Shown: in pieces, positions 12,301-23,002 of the stretch | How the letters are laid out: each line of letters begins with the position of its first letter | Position numbering within the stretch: the first letter of the stretch is position 1 | Assembly (NCBI GenBank): GCA_004764695.1 | Contig: SMSO01000006.1 | Span: 635,859 to 699,858 of the forward strand | Direction: 5' to 3' | DNA: 64,000 nucleotides | Source of the DNA: Schizochytrium sp. TIO01 | Taxonomy: Eukaryota; Protista; Bigyra: Labyrinthulomycetes | Made by a program: the position numbers and the translations under genes | Notes under the pieces: generated by a model | Database searches by the model: none | What the model saw: the letters and a program-made list of their open reading frames with translations, nothing else | Told to the model about the DNA's origin: nothing

Positions 12301-13684
12301 CGCTGCAAAAGTAGGCATGTGCTCAGGGCCGACGAGTTGAGCTTTGGAAAGCAGTACAGAATCACCGCTATCATGCGGACTTGCTCAAGAACTTCCGAGC
12401 GGAATTCTTGAAGCCTTGAAGAATTTCATGAGCGAAGGAGAAAGAACTTGAAGAGAACCTTTTCTCTTTAATTTGCTTTTTATAAATTTGTTTTTAAATT
12501 GCCACGGGGAAGAAATATGAATATTGAAAACACACACTCCAGGGGCAGATCCAACATTCGCCACGTATGTCTCTCACCCTTTGGTAACTAACTAACTAAC
12601 TAAGTAACTAACTAACCAGGAGCTGTCACTTACTTTTGGTTTCCGCCTCGAACTAGTCACTCCGTGCAATCGTGCGTGTGATGCTAAGAAAAGGCCCCTC
12701 TTATTTGCTGCCCTTCTCCATCGCATTTCATGAACCGCGCCGCGTATCAGAGTTCTTGAATTCTGCCTGCATCGTCAGCAGAAGATTTAGAAAGCTGCTC
12801 ATTTTTTCCCTACTTGAAAACATTGCTTTGAAAATAGTAAACCAAGCAAGAAGAAGACAGTACTACAAACATATGATTTCCAAACTTTAATAATATTTAA
12901 TGATAAATAAAATTATGTCATATGTATACAGTATATAAAGAAAAGGGATGTCTTAGAGGGTAGTAATGATAAATTGTATGTATGACTAGGAGAAAGAAAG
13001 AACAGCAGCCCACTCTGTCAGTCAGTCAGTCCTCCCTCGATCCTCATTGGATACGGAATGGCTGTGGCTGCGGCCCCAATCCAAACCTATCCAAGCCGAG
13101 CCAAGGCATCTCGCAGCAGCGCCTTCTGCGCCCTGGAGTGGGCTTCTCCCGCCTCTTCCACAGCTTTCGACCGTTTTGGCTAAACTCATCAACGGAGCTG
13201 GCTAGCTAGCTAGCTAGCTATTCGATTGTTCTTCTTTTTTAATTCTTAACTTTTGTTCGAAATCCCAGTCAAAACTAATCGCAATGCTCTCGTGAACGCG
13301 CTCGAGGCCGGCGGCCAGCGGCCCAGGTGCTGCCTCAATACGGCAGCCGGGCTTCGCTGCCCTTGCTCCAAGTTCTGTGAGGCCGCCAACAACTTGAGCG
13401 AGAGCGAAAGCGAAAGCGAAAGCTAAAGCAGCAGTTTGCCGCTGAGAACGGAACACCACGGAAAGAACGGAACGTCGAGAGAACACGCAGAACAGTTGAA
13501 AAACCCTGACGAAGTCTGCTTTCGCCTGCCTCGAAGAAGCATGTAAACCCGGCGACCTTCTGCTGTCGGCAGCCTTTGAAGGCCGCTGCGTGCGAAGCCA
13601 GGCGAAGCCAAGCCATAAGATCTGGCAATGTGAATGAATTGAGGAACTAGCTAGCTAGAAAACAAAATGAGCGGCGCCTATCGC

Positions 13685-13759
<75 letters not shown>
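13685..13759. repeat. (TGAT)n microsatellite, about 18 units
   Basis: Seen directly; it generates the spurious SINQ-repeat ORF. Confidence 0.95.
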
Positions 13760-14892
13760 CAATATCTTTGTTTGCGTTTCGTGTGAAAGAAATAAAAGTA
13801 AATGGAAATGCGTGCAGCTAAGTAAGTGAGTGTTCTTCGTGCTGCTGATGCTTGCTTGCTTGCTTTCGGATCCCAGACTCGCCTGCCTGATGACGAGCCC
13901 TCGCGTCAAGAACTCCAATAGCGACGCCGAAAACGCGGGCTCTAGCGACGCGCCTCGCGTAGACCTCGCTTGCTTGCTTACTTAGGCGGCACGACGCGAC
14001 AGCCTCTCTCTGAGAATATGGATGGATTCCAATTCCTCCTCCAGAATTTAACTTTCTTTCTCCGTTTTCTACTATTTTCTTATTTTAAACAATAGTTTTT
14101 AAAATTAAGAATATTAATAATTAAGAATAGAAGTGCTGTTATTATCAAATCATAAGGTGAAAGATTCGAGGATGGCGTCCAACTATGGGTCCTATCTATC
14201 GACTCTATGGCGCAACAATGGGCAGATGAATAAATAATAAAAGAGTTCTACGATGATTGTGATTGTTATTTGATGCATATTTTTTTTTATAAAAAGATTT
14301 GGACAGGAGATATGATGGCAACGATCAAGCGATCGAATGAAAAGCGTGCACAAGGAAGGAAGGCCTTGTGATGGCAACTCGGCCTCTCAACAGCTGATTG
14401 ATGAAAAGAAAGCCTTTGGTGACTCGTCAAGACTTACGATCGCCAACGCCATTCCGCGCGAAGGTCGTCCTTTTTATCATAAAACGACGCAGGCGCACAG
14501 AGCACACACACAAAAAAAGTAGGAGGTATGCATGTATCTTTGTATGTGCGTGTGGATGGATGTGTGTTGCATAGGTGGCATTTTCGATTCTTGATTGATT
14601 GATTGATTGATTGATTGGTTTACTATAAAGAGGGCGCGATATTGAAGATCTAAGCAGAGATTTCGAAGACTGGAATGAAGTAATTGATTGATTGTCTGAT
14701 CAGCTTTGCTTTACAAAGCTAGAAATAGCGCCGCTGCATTGATCGTAATACGCGCAACAGATGGTTTGTTCTCTTGTTCGCAGCGATCCAGTTAAAATAA
14801 CTAGAGGGGCTTGAGACTCTGAGAGAGCGCCGAGTTCTGAAGGGACAGGCACTGACTGCTGTCGCTCGCATCGATGGGCAGTGCAGAAGAAG

Positions 14893-14922
<30 letters not shown>
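14893..14922. repeat. (GCTT)n microsatellite
   Basis: Seen directly. Confidence 0.9.
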
Positions 14923-14924
<2 letters not shown>

Positions 14925-15620
14925 TCTTTGCTGCGCTTTGTAACGGGATTTCAAAGAACAGCCTGCATGCTCTCTAGTCCCTACCTATGCGCCTGCTACC
15001 CGGCGATCTCAGTAGTAATTCTTCGAAGGAACGGAACACGGAACAGCGTCCCTTGTCTCTGGATCAGTAGAACACCGACAGGGTTTACTATGTGTTCCAA
15101 AGCTATGATCTTCACGTGCATTTGAACAGAACGAAGGAACAGCCAGCCGTGGAATTGATTGATTGATTGATTGATTGGAGTTGACTGGAGTTGACTGGAG
15201 TTGATTAAAGTGGCTGCAGCGCCTCGTCCACGGAGCGATAGGAAGCGGAGTCGAGGCTTCAGCGCAGAGCCTAAGGCGACGCGAAGGGATGATTGTGAAG
15301 TCTGGAGGCCAGTTTTTGGCTGCTCGAAAGGACTGAGATGCAGAGGCACCTGTAATCCCGGTTTCTTTCTTTTCTCATAATTCTTAGTCAATTATAATTT
15401 TAATCAAGTTAAAAGAAGGAGAAAGGAGGCTTCTAGGATTTGTTGAATCAAATCAAAACTATTTTTAAAAGATGAAAATGAAATGAAAATGAAAATGAAA
15501 ATCGATGGGACTTACTGAGAGCGTGCGTGCGATGCCTCGTCACCGTCCCCGATCTTCTCTCCTTTTCTCTCTTTCTTTCGTTGGGCGATAAAGAAATCTT
15601 TTATTCTTAGACACAAAACA

Positions 15621-15655
<35 letters not shown>

Positions 15656-16842
15656 CTCTCTCGCTTAGTGGAAAGCGAGGAAGGAAGGAAGGAAAGAAAG
15701 GAGGAAGGCGCGCCTAGAACCCTCAGCCTGGAAGAAAGAGACGCGGCTTTGCCTTGTTTATTCCTTAGAGCGCGTGTTTTGGGGCGATCGATTCGGCCAT
15801 TCTGCAGGAAAAAACAAACACACAAGCGAGAGGAGGAGGAGGAGGAGGATCGATTGCTCTTGTTCTTTCATCTCCCATGATTTCAATTTTGGAATTTTTA
15901 AAATTACACAGATAGATGATATACATTCTTCATTTCGCTGTTCTCTGTACTCTGCAGACTGGTTTGCGAAGTTTACATTTATAATTTAATTAATTTAATT
16001 TAATCTTTAAGTAACAACAATAATAACAATAATAACAATAATAATAATCAAAGCTGGAGATTTTTTAAATTAATTTTTTGTGGATTTATCCAGTGGAACC
16101 AGACAGTTTCGATTATTAAAAGGCCGTCGGGGCTTCGAGCACTCGGGCCGCTTGCGTTTGCGAGGGCGTCAATAAGGGGGCGAGTGAGGCGCCTCGCGTG
16201 TAACAAGGCTTAGGTAGTGGCGGTGAGCACTAAAATCATGAGCTCTAGCCATCATTCAAGGAAAGCATTTTTTTTAATATTTTTTTTTTAATATATTTGA
16301 TTTTATAAAAATAATAATTGAATTTAAATAAACTTTACGAAGCAGTAGGAATATAAATGTTTGGAAAAAGAGTGAAAGAAACGAAATGTTATTTCTGTTT
16401 TTCCCATCACTTCTATCTACTCTAAGGCTACTGAGGAGAAAGTTAGTTTGAACACTATGTATCACTCACTTCCTATTAGTGCTATGCATTAGCAGAGCTA
16501 GAGAAAGAAATCCAAAAGAAAAGAAAAGGAAGGAAGGATTCACTTTGAACAAGAACAACTTGAGAAGAAAACCGCATAACGCCTAGTGTTTTAGGTATAT
16601 AGAGCTTAGAAGCGGCTCAGTTGAAAGCTTGCAAAATGCAGAATAAGGAGCAGAAGTCGAGCTGCGAAAGCAGCAGACCCGAAACTCGTTTCGAAGAAGA
16701 TCAACCAAACCCGAAACCTCTATTTGCCAGCCGACTTGCTTGCAGTTGGCCTGTAGACTCTGAGTCGTCGACGTTGCACCGTCGCCGTATCTTCTTTATC
16801 TATCTATTTTTATCTATCTAATCTATATCTATCCGTCGCAAG

Positions 16843-18357
16843 ATGACCAAGTACGTGGGCAGCATCGACCAGGGTACCACGAGTACCCGCTTCATCATCT
16901 TCAACGATGAGGGCAACATCGTGAGCGATGCTCAGTACGAGCATGAGCAGATCATGCCTCAGGAGGGTTGGGTTGAGCACAACCCCATGGAAATCTGGGA
17001 GAACACTGTTAAGTGCATTCAGGAGTCCCTCGAAAAGGCCAATCTTCAGGGCTCTGATTTGGCCTCGATCGGTATCACCAACCAGCGTGAGACCACTGTG
17101 GTCTGGAGCAAGTCCACCGGTAAGCCTCTGCACAATGCCATCGTCTGGATGGACATGCGTTCCCAGACTTTCTGTGACAAGCTCTCTGCCAAGGTCGGCG
17201 GCCGCGACGCCCTCCAGGAGAAGACTGGTCTCCCGATCGTCCCTTACTTTGCCGGCACCAAGCTCAAGTGGCTCATCAACAACGTCGAGGTCGTTGGCCA
17301 GGCTGTCAAGGATGGTGATGCTCTCTTCGGTACCATCGACACCTGGCTCCTCTGGAACCTTTCTGGAGGCACTCAGCACCTCACTGATGTCACCAACGCC
17401 TCCAGAACTCTGCTCATGGACATCAAGACTCTCCAGTGGGACGAGGAGCTTCTCGAGATCTTTGAGCTCCCCCGCGCTGTCCTCCCTGACATCGTCCCTT
17501 CCTCTGGCAAGATGTTCGACGTAGCCGAGCCCGAGATCATCAAGGGCGTGCCCGTCGCAGGTGTTCTTGGAGACCAGCAGGCTGCCCTCTTTGGACAGAC
17601 TTGCTTTCGCCCTGGTGACGCCAAGAATACCTACGGTACTGGATGCTTTCTGCTCCTCAACACCGGAGAGCAGCCTGTTCTCTCCACCCACGGTCTTCTT
17701 ACCACTGTCGGATACCAGATTGAGGGCCAGGCTCCTATCTACGCCCTTGAGGGATCCGTCGCCATTGGTGGAGCTCTTGTCCAGTGGCTCCGCGACAACC
17801 TCTGCCTTATCAAGAACGCTCCTGAAGTCGAGGAGCTCGCAAACTCTGTGCCCAACTCTGGTGGCATCTACTTCGTGCCTGCCTTTTCTGGACTCTACGC
17901 CCCGTACTGGCGCGATGATGCCCGTGGTGTCATTGTCGGTATGACCCGTTTCACCAACAGAGGTCACTTGGCCCGTGCCACTCTTGAGGCTGTCTCCTAC
18001 CAGTCATGCGACATGTTCGAGGCCATGGAGAAGGACTCCAAGGTCAAGCTCAAGAGCCTCCGCGTCGATGGTGGCATGGTTGAGAACGGAACCCTCATGC
18101 AGTTCCAGGCTGACATGCTCGATACCCCTGTCGTCCGTCCCAAGATCTCTGAGACCACCGCTCTCGGAGCTGCCTATGCTGCCGGTCTTGCCGTTGGCGT
18201 GTGGCCCAGCCTCGAGGCCCTTCAGGAGAAGTGGGCTGTTGAGAAGTCATGGGAGCCCAAGATGACCAAGGAGGTTCGCGAGCAGAAGATGCTCGGCTGG
18301 AGCAAGGCCATCCAGCGCACCTACGGCTGGATCGACGACGACAACCAGCAGCAGTAA
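16843..18357 (+). CDS. GK: Glycerol kinase (FGGY family), 504 aa, intronless, strong codon bias
   Basis: IDQGTTSTR, GITNQRETTVVW, GDQQAALFGQ, AKNTYGTGCF, YALEGS, YFVPAFSGLYAPYW, LRVDGG and ETTALGAA. Heavily C/G-ending codons suggest high expression. Confidence 0.97.
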   Translation: MTKYVGSIDQGTTSTRFIIFNDEGNIVSDAQYEHEQIMPQEGWVEHNPMEIWENTVKCIQESLEKANLQGSDLASIGITNQRETTVVWSKSTGKPLHNAIVWMDMRSQTFCDKLSAKVGGRDALQEKTGLPIVPYFAGTKLKWLINNVEVVGQAVKDGDALFGTIDTWLLWNLSGGTQHLTDVTNASRTLLMDIKTLQWDEELLEIFELPRAVLPDIVPSSGKMFDVAEPEIIKGVPVAGVLGDQQAALFGQTCFRPGDAKNTYGTGCFLLLNTGEQPVLSTHGLLTTVGYQIEGQAPIYALEGSVAIGGALVQWLRDNLCLIKNAPEVEELANSVPNSGGIYFVPAFSGLYAPYWRDDARGVIVGMTRFTNRGHLARATLEAVSYQSCDMFEAMEKDSKVKLKSLRVDGGMVENGTLMQFQADMLDTPVVRPKISETTALGAAYAAGLAVGVWPSLEALQEKWAVEKSWEPKMTKEVREQKMLGWSKAIQRTYGWIDDDNQQQ

Positions 18358-19568
18358 GTTGTGGCGATGTACAACTCCGATAGCGACAAGAGTTCTCGCG
18401 TCGGCAAAACGCCGACGTGAGTTGTTATGTTTACTCTCGCTGTCACTTTTTCTATCTTCAATATCTTCATTTATCTCACTTCATCATTTATCTAAACTTT
18501 CAATGCCTAATTTTATTTCTTTATCGACACAGTGATCATCGTGACGCCCCCGTGGATGTTGACCTCAGCTCTGAGATCTAGACCTACACGATCCAGTAAT
18601 TCCTCAACTCTTTTTACGCAGTTCGCTACTGGTACTCTTTATAAATGAGTCTGTCTTATTACCATCAATTTGTAGCGTGCAACAACAGGGGCTATATCCT
18701 TTTCTGGATTTCTTTTTCTCGGAAGGCGGAAAGAGGCTTGTCTTGCTTTCCAGTGAGCACCTCTTTGGTTCTGTCAACCTCTAGAGGCTGCCGGCCTTCT
18801 TTCTTTTTGATTGTTAAAGGGGCTGGGATTTGGGTAGTGTTCCCACAGAAGTTTCGTTTTTTTCCTTTGCTTCTTCGAAATGAGCGCTTGTTCTGACTAG
18901 CAGAACAACTGTTCCCTTTTCTTGAGTTTCGGGTTTTAGAGCCGTAATTCGCCCAGTATCTATGCCTTCTTTGGTGTAGCCATGGTACTGGCACCCACAT
19001 AAAATGATGCCACCTTCTTCTTCAGATTTACATTTGGTCTTTTAGAAAATAAAGTGCAAAATAATAAATCTAGTTCATGACTTTCTCTCTCTATATATAT
19101 ATACATAAACCCTCCCACATAGATTACGCATCCTCAGTCTCAACTTTTTGTAAATGCTTTCCTGTGCATCATGTTTCTTTCACGCCTAGCCCGCCTTCTG
19201 AGATTACGTAAAGCCCTATATCACATTCTCAAGCCAAGGATAAGCACGGTGGTAGGTTAATCCCGGTCTTAACTCTGTATAGGTATAGGTACATACAATT
19301 TTACATCAGAGTAGTATCGTCAGCAAATTCTATTCAACTTCTAGGAAATGTCACTCATAGTAGAAATCTGATACATTATCAATCATAATCGGTTGATCTA
19401 AAAGCGTGATTGAAAAAAAGGAAGGATTTTCGATCCCGACAGCCTCAGCATTGAGATACAAAACCCACTCTCAACCCACCGCAGTCGGGCCATCTCCACC
19501 TCGCGGAGGTAGACTTAGCCTTCGAGGACGAGTAGTGAAGGTTCCTCAGCTGGTCTCCTGCCGTCGTC

Positions 19569-22500
19569 ATGGAAGGACTCGCTCAAGCTCGTCGAGCGTT
19601 GGAACAGCGGCGGCATGCTCGGGATGCCGCAGAAGGCGCCGTTGAAGAGCTGTGCGTGAAGGCGCTTTCAAGACGTTGCGCACAACTTCAAGAACAACTC
19701 CGCGTGGAACATGCCAAAATAAAAAAAGATGCCGCATCTGCTGCCTCTGCACTATCTGCGAAGGCGCAATCGAAGCAACAGCAAGCCTCACCAAATCATG
19801 CAAAACAGCAAAAACAACAACAGAACCGTATATCGGAACCCTTAAGCTCTGTACGCGAGAAGCTCATTGCCTTTTACAAACAAAGAAATGCTGCCAAAGT
19901 CAAGGATGTAGATACGGTGCTTGAGCACTTTGAAGGAAGGCTTGAGGCGTTGAATGAAGCACTTATTCTGCAGTATGGCGAGGGCCTTCATCTTCAGGCC
20001 GATGTGGCTCCAGATGTTGCGGCTTCTGAGGAAATCCGCAATGATATCGCATCAGGACACGATGGACCTCGGTCAATACTTGAAAAACTTGTCACTCGCA
20101 GTGAAGATCTTTTTCGAGCCGCGGCTGAGGAAATGTACCTGCCGAGACACAAATTTCATTTTCGATCTTCCTCGGGGAACTCTATGGTTGGCCTTGAGGA
20201 CTTCTGGATTGAGGAAATTGCAGGCTCTATTCGCGCTGATCTCTGTCTCAAAACACGGCATGCCCACCACAAACCCAGCACACCGTCGGGATCGGGATCG
20301 GGATCATCGGCACATCAGAAACAAAAGCAACATTCCACTGAGCATGACGCCTCTACTACGCACGTTGTCATCCCCGAGCTTGGACTTCGCACGATTAAGC
20401 CCATCATTGTGAAGTGTAGGACAGATCAAATCAAAATTATGGATAAAGTAGTTCCATCAAACCCGCCCGAAAGCGGCATCGGTAGCACATACACACTTGA
20501 TAGTTTAGATATTGAATGCGAGGTGGATTTCGCACTGGTTTTTGAATATCGCCACTCCGCTTCACTTAAAAGACGCTGCTGGCGTGCAGCACCCACGTAT
20601 AGTTTTGAGGTCTCCAAACTCAAGACCCAACGCCCGGTAGTCGACTCCTTATTGCGCACTGTCATTAATTCGGCACTCCCAGCTGCCATTCGTCGGGTTT
20701 GTGAGAAGAATCTTGTGCACGAAATTGGCACGCTTATGCTTGATCCGCGTACACGATCAGAAAATGAGACAAACCCTATGGGATTTGCAATTCTATGTGA
20801 AATCCTCGTCCGGGGTTGGCCCCCGCGGCGAGCATTCAAAGTGGATCTTTGTCGATCGCTCAAGACTAACGAACAGAAACTTGCGGCGGAAGTCCTCCGC
20901 AAGCTCAATATCACAGCCGACCAAATAAACTCGTTGCGGCTTTTGAACGATCATTTTCTAAAGCTGGAGCAAAAGCAAAAGGCGGCTGCGAAAGATGGGA
21001 ATGGTAATGGCTCATCAAGTTCTGGAATCATGAGTTGGGTAAATATGCCTGGAGCCCTTGGCACGTCTAGTAAGGAAAGCAAGTCGACTCCAGTCTGGGC
21101 ACTGGGCCTTTTCCCCTTAAAAGCTATAACATTGGAAGAGCTCATCAATCTGCGAAACGGACTTTTCGTTGCTGACTTGGTTGCAACACCTGATGAAGAC
21201 CTTGAATCTGACGAAGAAGGACATGGTACAACGGACGATGAACTCTTCACAGCTAGTGAGGATAGCGATGATGATGATGAAGGTACAGCACACGAAGATA
21301 ATGGGGATGAGAGCCATGGGCATGCAAATGGAACCGATGATGAAGACGAAACAAGCGTTGTTGGCGAGGATGGCGAGGCGAATAAGGATAGAACGAATAG
21401 CGATGCAAAAGAAAGCCAGACATCAGGTCCTTCTAGCTACTCGCGTGTTTATCTGAGTGAGTTCAAGTCGCGAGAGGCAAGCACAGAGTTTGCTCAGGAG
21501 TACAATGAAGTTGTGGCCCACGCAGCTCGGGCACAAGCTGTTGCCCAAGATATTTTGGACGAGATCTGTGACAAGCACAGTATTGCCCGTTGGAGGCTTG
21601 CTCGTCTGATCCAACGTCTTGAACGTCATGTGCTAGCAAAACCACTTTCGGCCGAGCTTCATGTCCATGCTGTGGACTGTCGCTTGGATGCCGATGTGAC
21701 TGTAGAAATTCTCCAATCTCTATTGTGGAAAGAACTTAAGCTTGCCCGTCCAATGGTCGGAGAGGTAGTGTATCAGCGTCGTCTCCAAGCGTTGCATCAA
21801 ATCTCAACCTCGCTAAAATTGGCGTTTATTGCTATCAAGTCTCTAGCTGGTAATCTTCGCTTCACATTTACTGGAGCTGTTACTGGCGGAAACCTTCCGG
21901 CTTTTGAGCTCTCCATGAAAGACCTAACATCCGAGGGAGTTGTAGACTTACAGTTGAGCAATTTGCGCCTTGGCGGAAATTTTAAGGAATTCATTGTATG
22001 GTTCCTCTCATTTGTCAAGCAAATGCGGAGCCGTAGTGCTATGTCACGTGATCAAAAGAAGAAGTCTACACAAGCAATCCATGTCCTCGAACGCGATGTA
22101 CTGAAACATGTTGAGCTGTTGCAATGCTTCTTGGACCTTGAGCTTGGAATGTTCCATCATCAGTCGGATGTTTCTCTCATCTGTGGTGTAACAGCGCAGA
22201 AAGAAAATCCTCGCCCAGCACTTAGTTGTCATGTTGCAGGTGACCTCTGGAATATATTACCTCATGACACACGTGAGTTTCCATTTTCTTACGAGGCGCG
22301 CAAGCTGGCTCGTAAGATGCCAAATGTGGAGAAGGGTTCTGTCTCAGGAGCAAAACTTGCTGCTGCTCTGAGCGTTGACCTTCCTCAAGAAGTTACAGAG
22401 CTGGCTCGCTCAATGCTTGCCGATGATGGATTTCGTATGCGTGACATGAGTGCGCAAGATGCATACTACGTCGCCGGGTTTACCACATTACTTCTGGCTA

Positions 22501-22670
22501 GTGTAGATGGCAAGAAGTTTGCTCGCTCTTTGCTGAAGAAAAAAGAAGCCCAGGATGATGACACACATACCGCTCCAGATGAGGAAGACTTTGGTGAAGA
22601 CGACTTGAACACTGCACATGCAGAAGAAGCTGATGATGAATTTGATGAGGAAGAACACCATTCGCTTTAA
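19569..22670 (+). CDS. Hypothetical protein, 1033 aa (N-terminal coiled coil, FY...YG helical module, acidic low-complexity tracts)
   Basis: 3.1-kb uninterrupted ATG-initiated ORF. It shares a ~43-aa module with the 59516 gene. No catalytic motif recognised. Confidence 0.85.
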   Translation: MEGLAQARRALEQRRHARDAAEGAVEELCVKALSRRCAQLQEQLRVEHAKIKKDAASAASALSAKAQSKQQQASPNHAKQQKQQQNRISEPLSSVREKLIAFYKQRNAAKVKDVDTVLEHFEGRLEALNEALILQYGEGLHLQADVAPDVAASEEIRNDIASGHDGPRSILEKLVTRSEDLFRAAAEEMYLPRHKFHFRSSSGNSMVGLEDFWIEEIAGSIRADLCLKTRHAHHKPSTPSGSGSGSSAHQKQKQHSTEHDASTTHVVIPELGLRTIKPIIVKCRTDQIKIMDKVVPSNPPESGIGSTYTLDSLDIECEVDFALVFEYRHSASLKRRCWRAAPTYSFEVSKLKTQRPVVDSLLRTVINSALPAAIRRVCEKNLVHEIGTLMLDPRTRSENETNPMGFAILCEILVRGWPPRRAFKVDLCRSLKTNEQKLAAEVLRKLNITADQINSLRLLNDHFLKLEQKQKAAAKDGNGNGSSSSGIMSWVNMPGALGTSSKESKSTPVWALGLFPLKAITLEELINLRNGLFVADLVATPDEDLESDEEGHGTTDDELFTASEDSDDDDEGTAHEDNGDESHGHANGTDDEDETSVVGEDGEANKDRTNSDAKESQTSGPSSYSRVYLSEFKSREASTEFAQEYNEVVAHAARAQAVAQDILDEICDKHSIARWRLARLIQRLERHVLAKPLSAELHVHAVDCRLDADVTVEILQSLLWKELKLARPMVGEVVYQRRLQALHQISTSLKLAFIAIKSLAGNLRFTFTGAVTGGNLPAFELSMKDLTSEGVVDLQLSNLRLGGNFKEFIVWFLSFVKQMRSRSAMSRDQKKKSTQAIHVLERDVLKHVELLQCFLDLELGMFHHQSDVSLICGVTAQKENPRPALSCHVAGDLWNILPHDTREFPFSYEARKLARKMPNVEKGSVSGAKLAAALSVDLPQEVTELARSMLADDGFRMRDMSAQDAYYVAGFTTLLLASVDGKKFARSLLKKKEAQDDDTHTAPDEEDFGEDDLNTAHAEEADDEFDEEEHHSL

Positions 22671-23002
22671 CTGGTTTATATGCTTTCTGTGTGTTTGAAC
22701 TAAAACTTCAGCAGACAAGATATCGTTATGCTATTCTTCATTAATAGTATTACTGCTTGGTATAGCTTTTTTCATTTTCTCATTTTAATCTAAACATACA
22801 TTTTTTCGTTTACATATCGAGAGAATGCCCAAGAAGTCAACAGATTCTCGTAACAGGCGTTGATATACTTTATTTACCGGTATGAACTTTTGTAAAACTA
22901 TGTCCTGAAAGTACTTTCATCCTAAATTTACAAAGGATGAATTGAAAAACAAAAAGAAAATCCAAAGGAGAGATGAATGAGCGACGCTGTACCTTCACCT
23001 AG

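Noticed and set aside
13655-13918. ORFs with SINQ, ASKQ, FIHS, ERER or FSFS repeats (also about 14.7, 15.6, 30.0 and 32.4 kb)
   Set aside because: They are translations of microsatellites.
16810-17967. 385-aa antisense ORF over glycerol kinase
   Set aside because: Shadow of strong codon bias in the sense gene (few TTA/CTA/TCA codons); no recognisable motifs.
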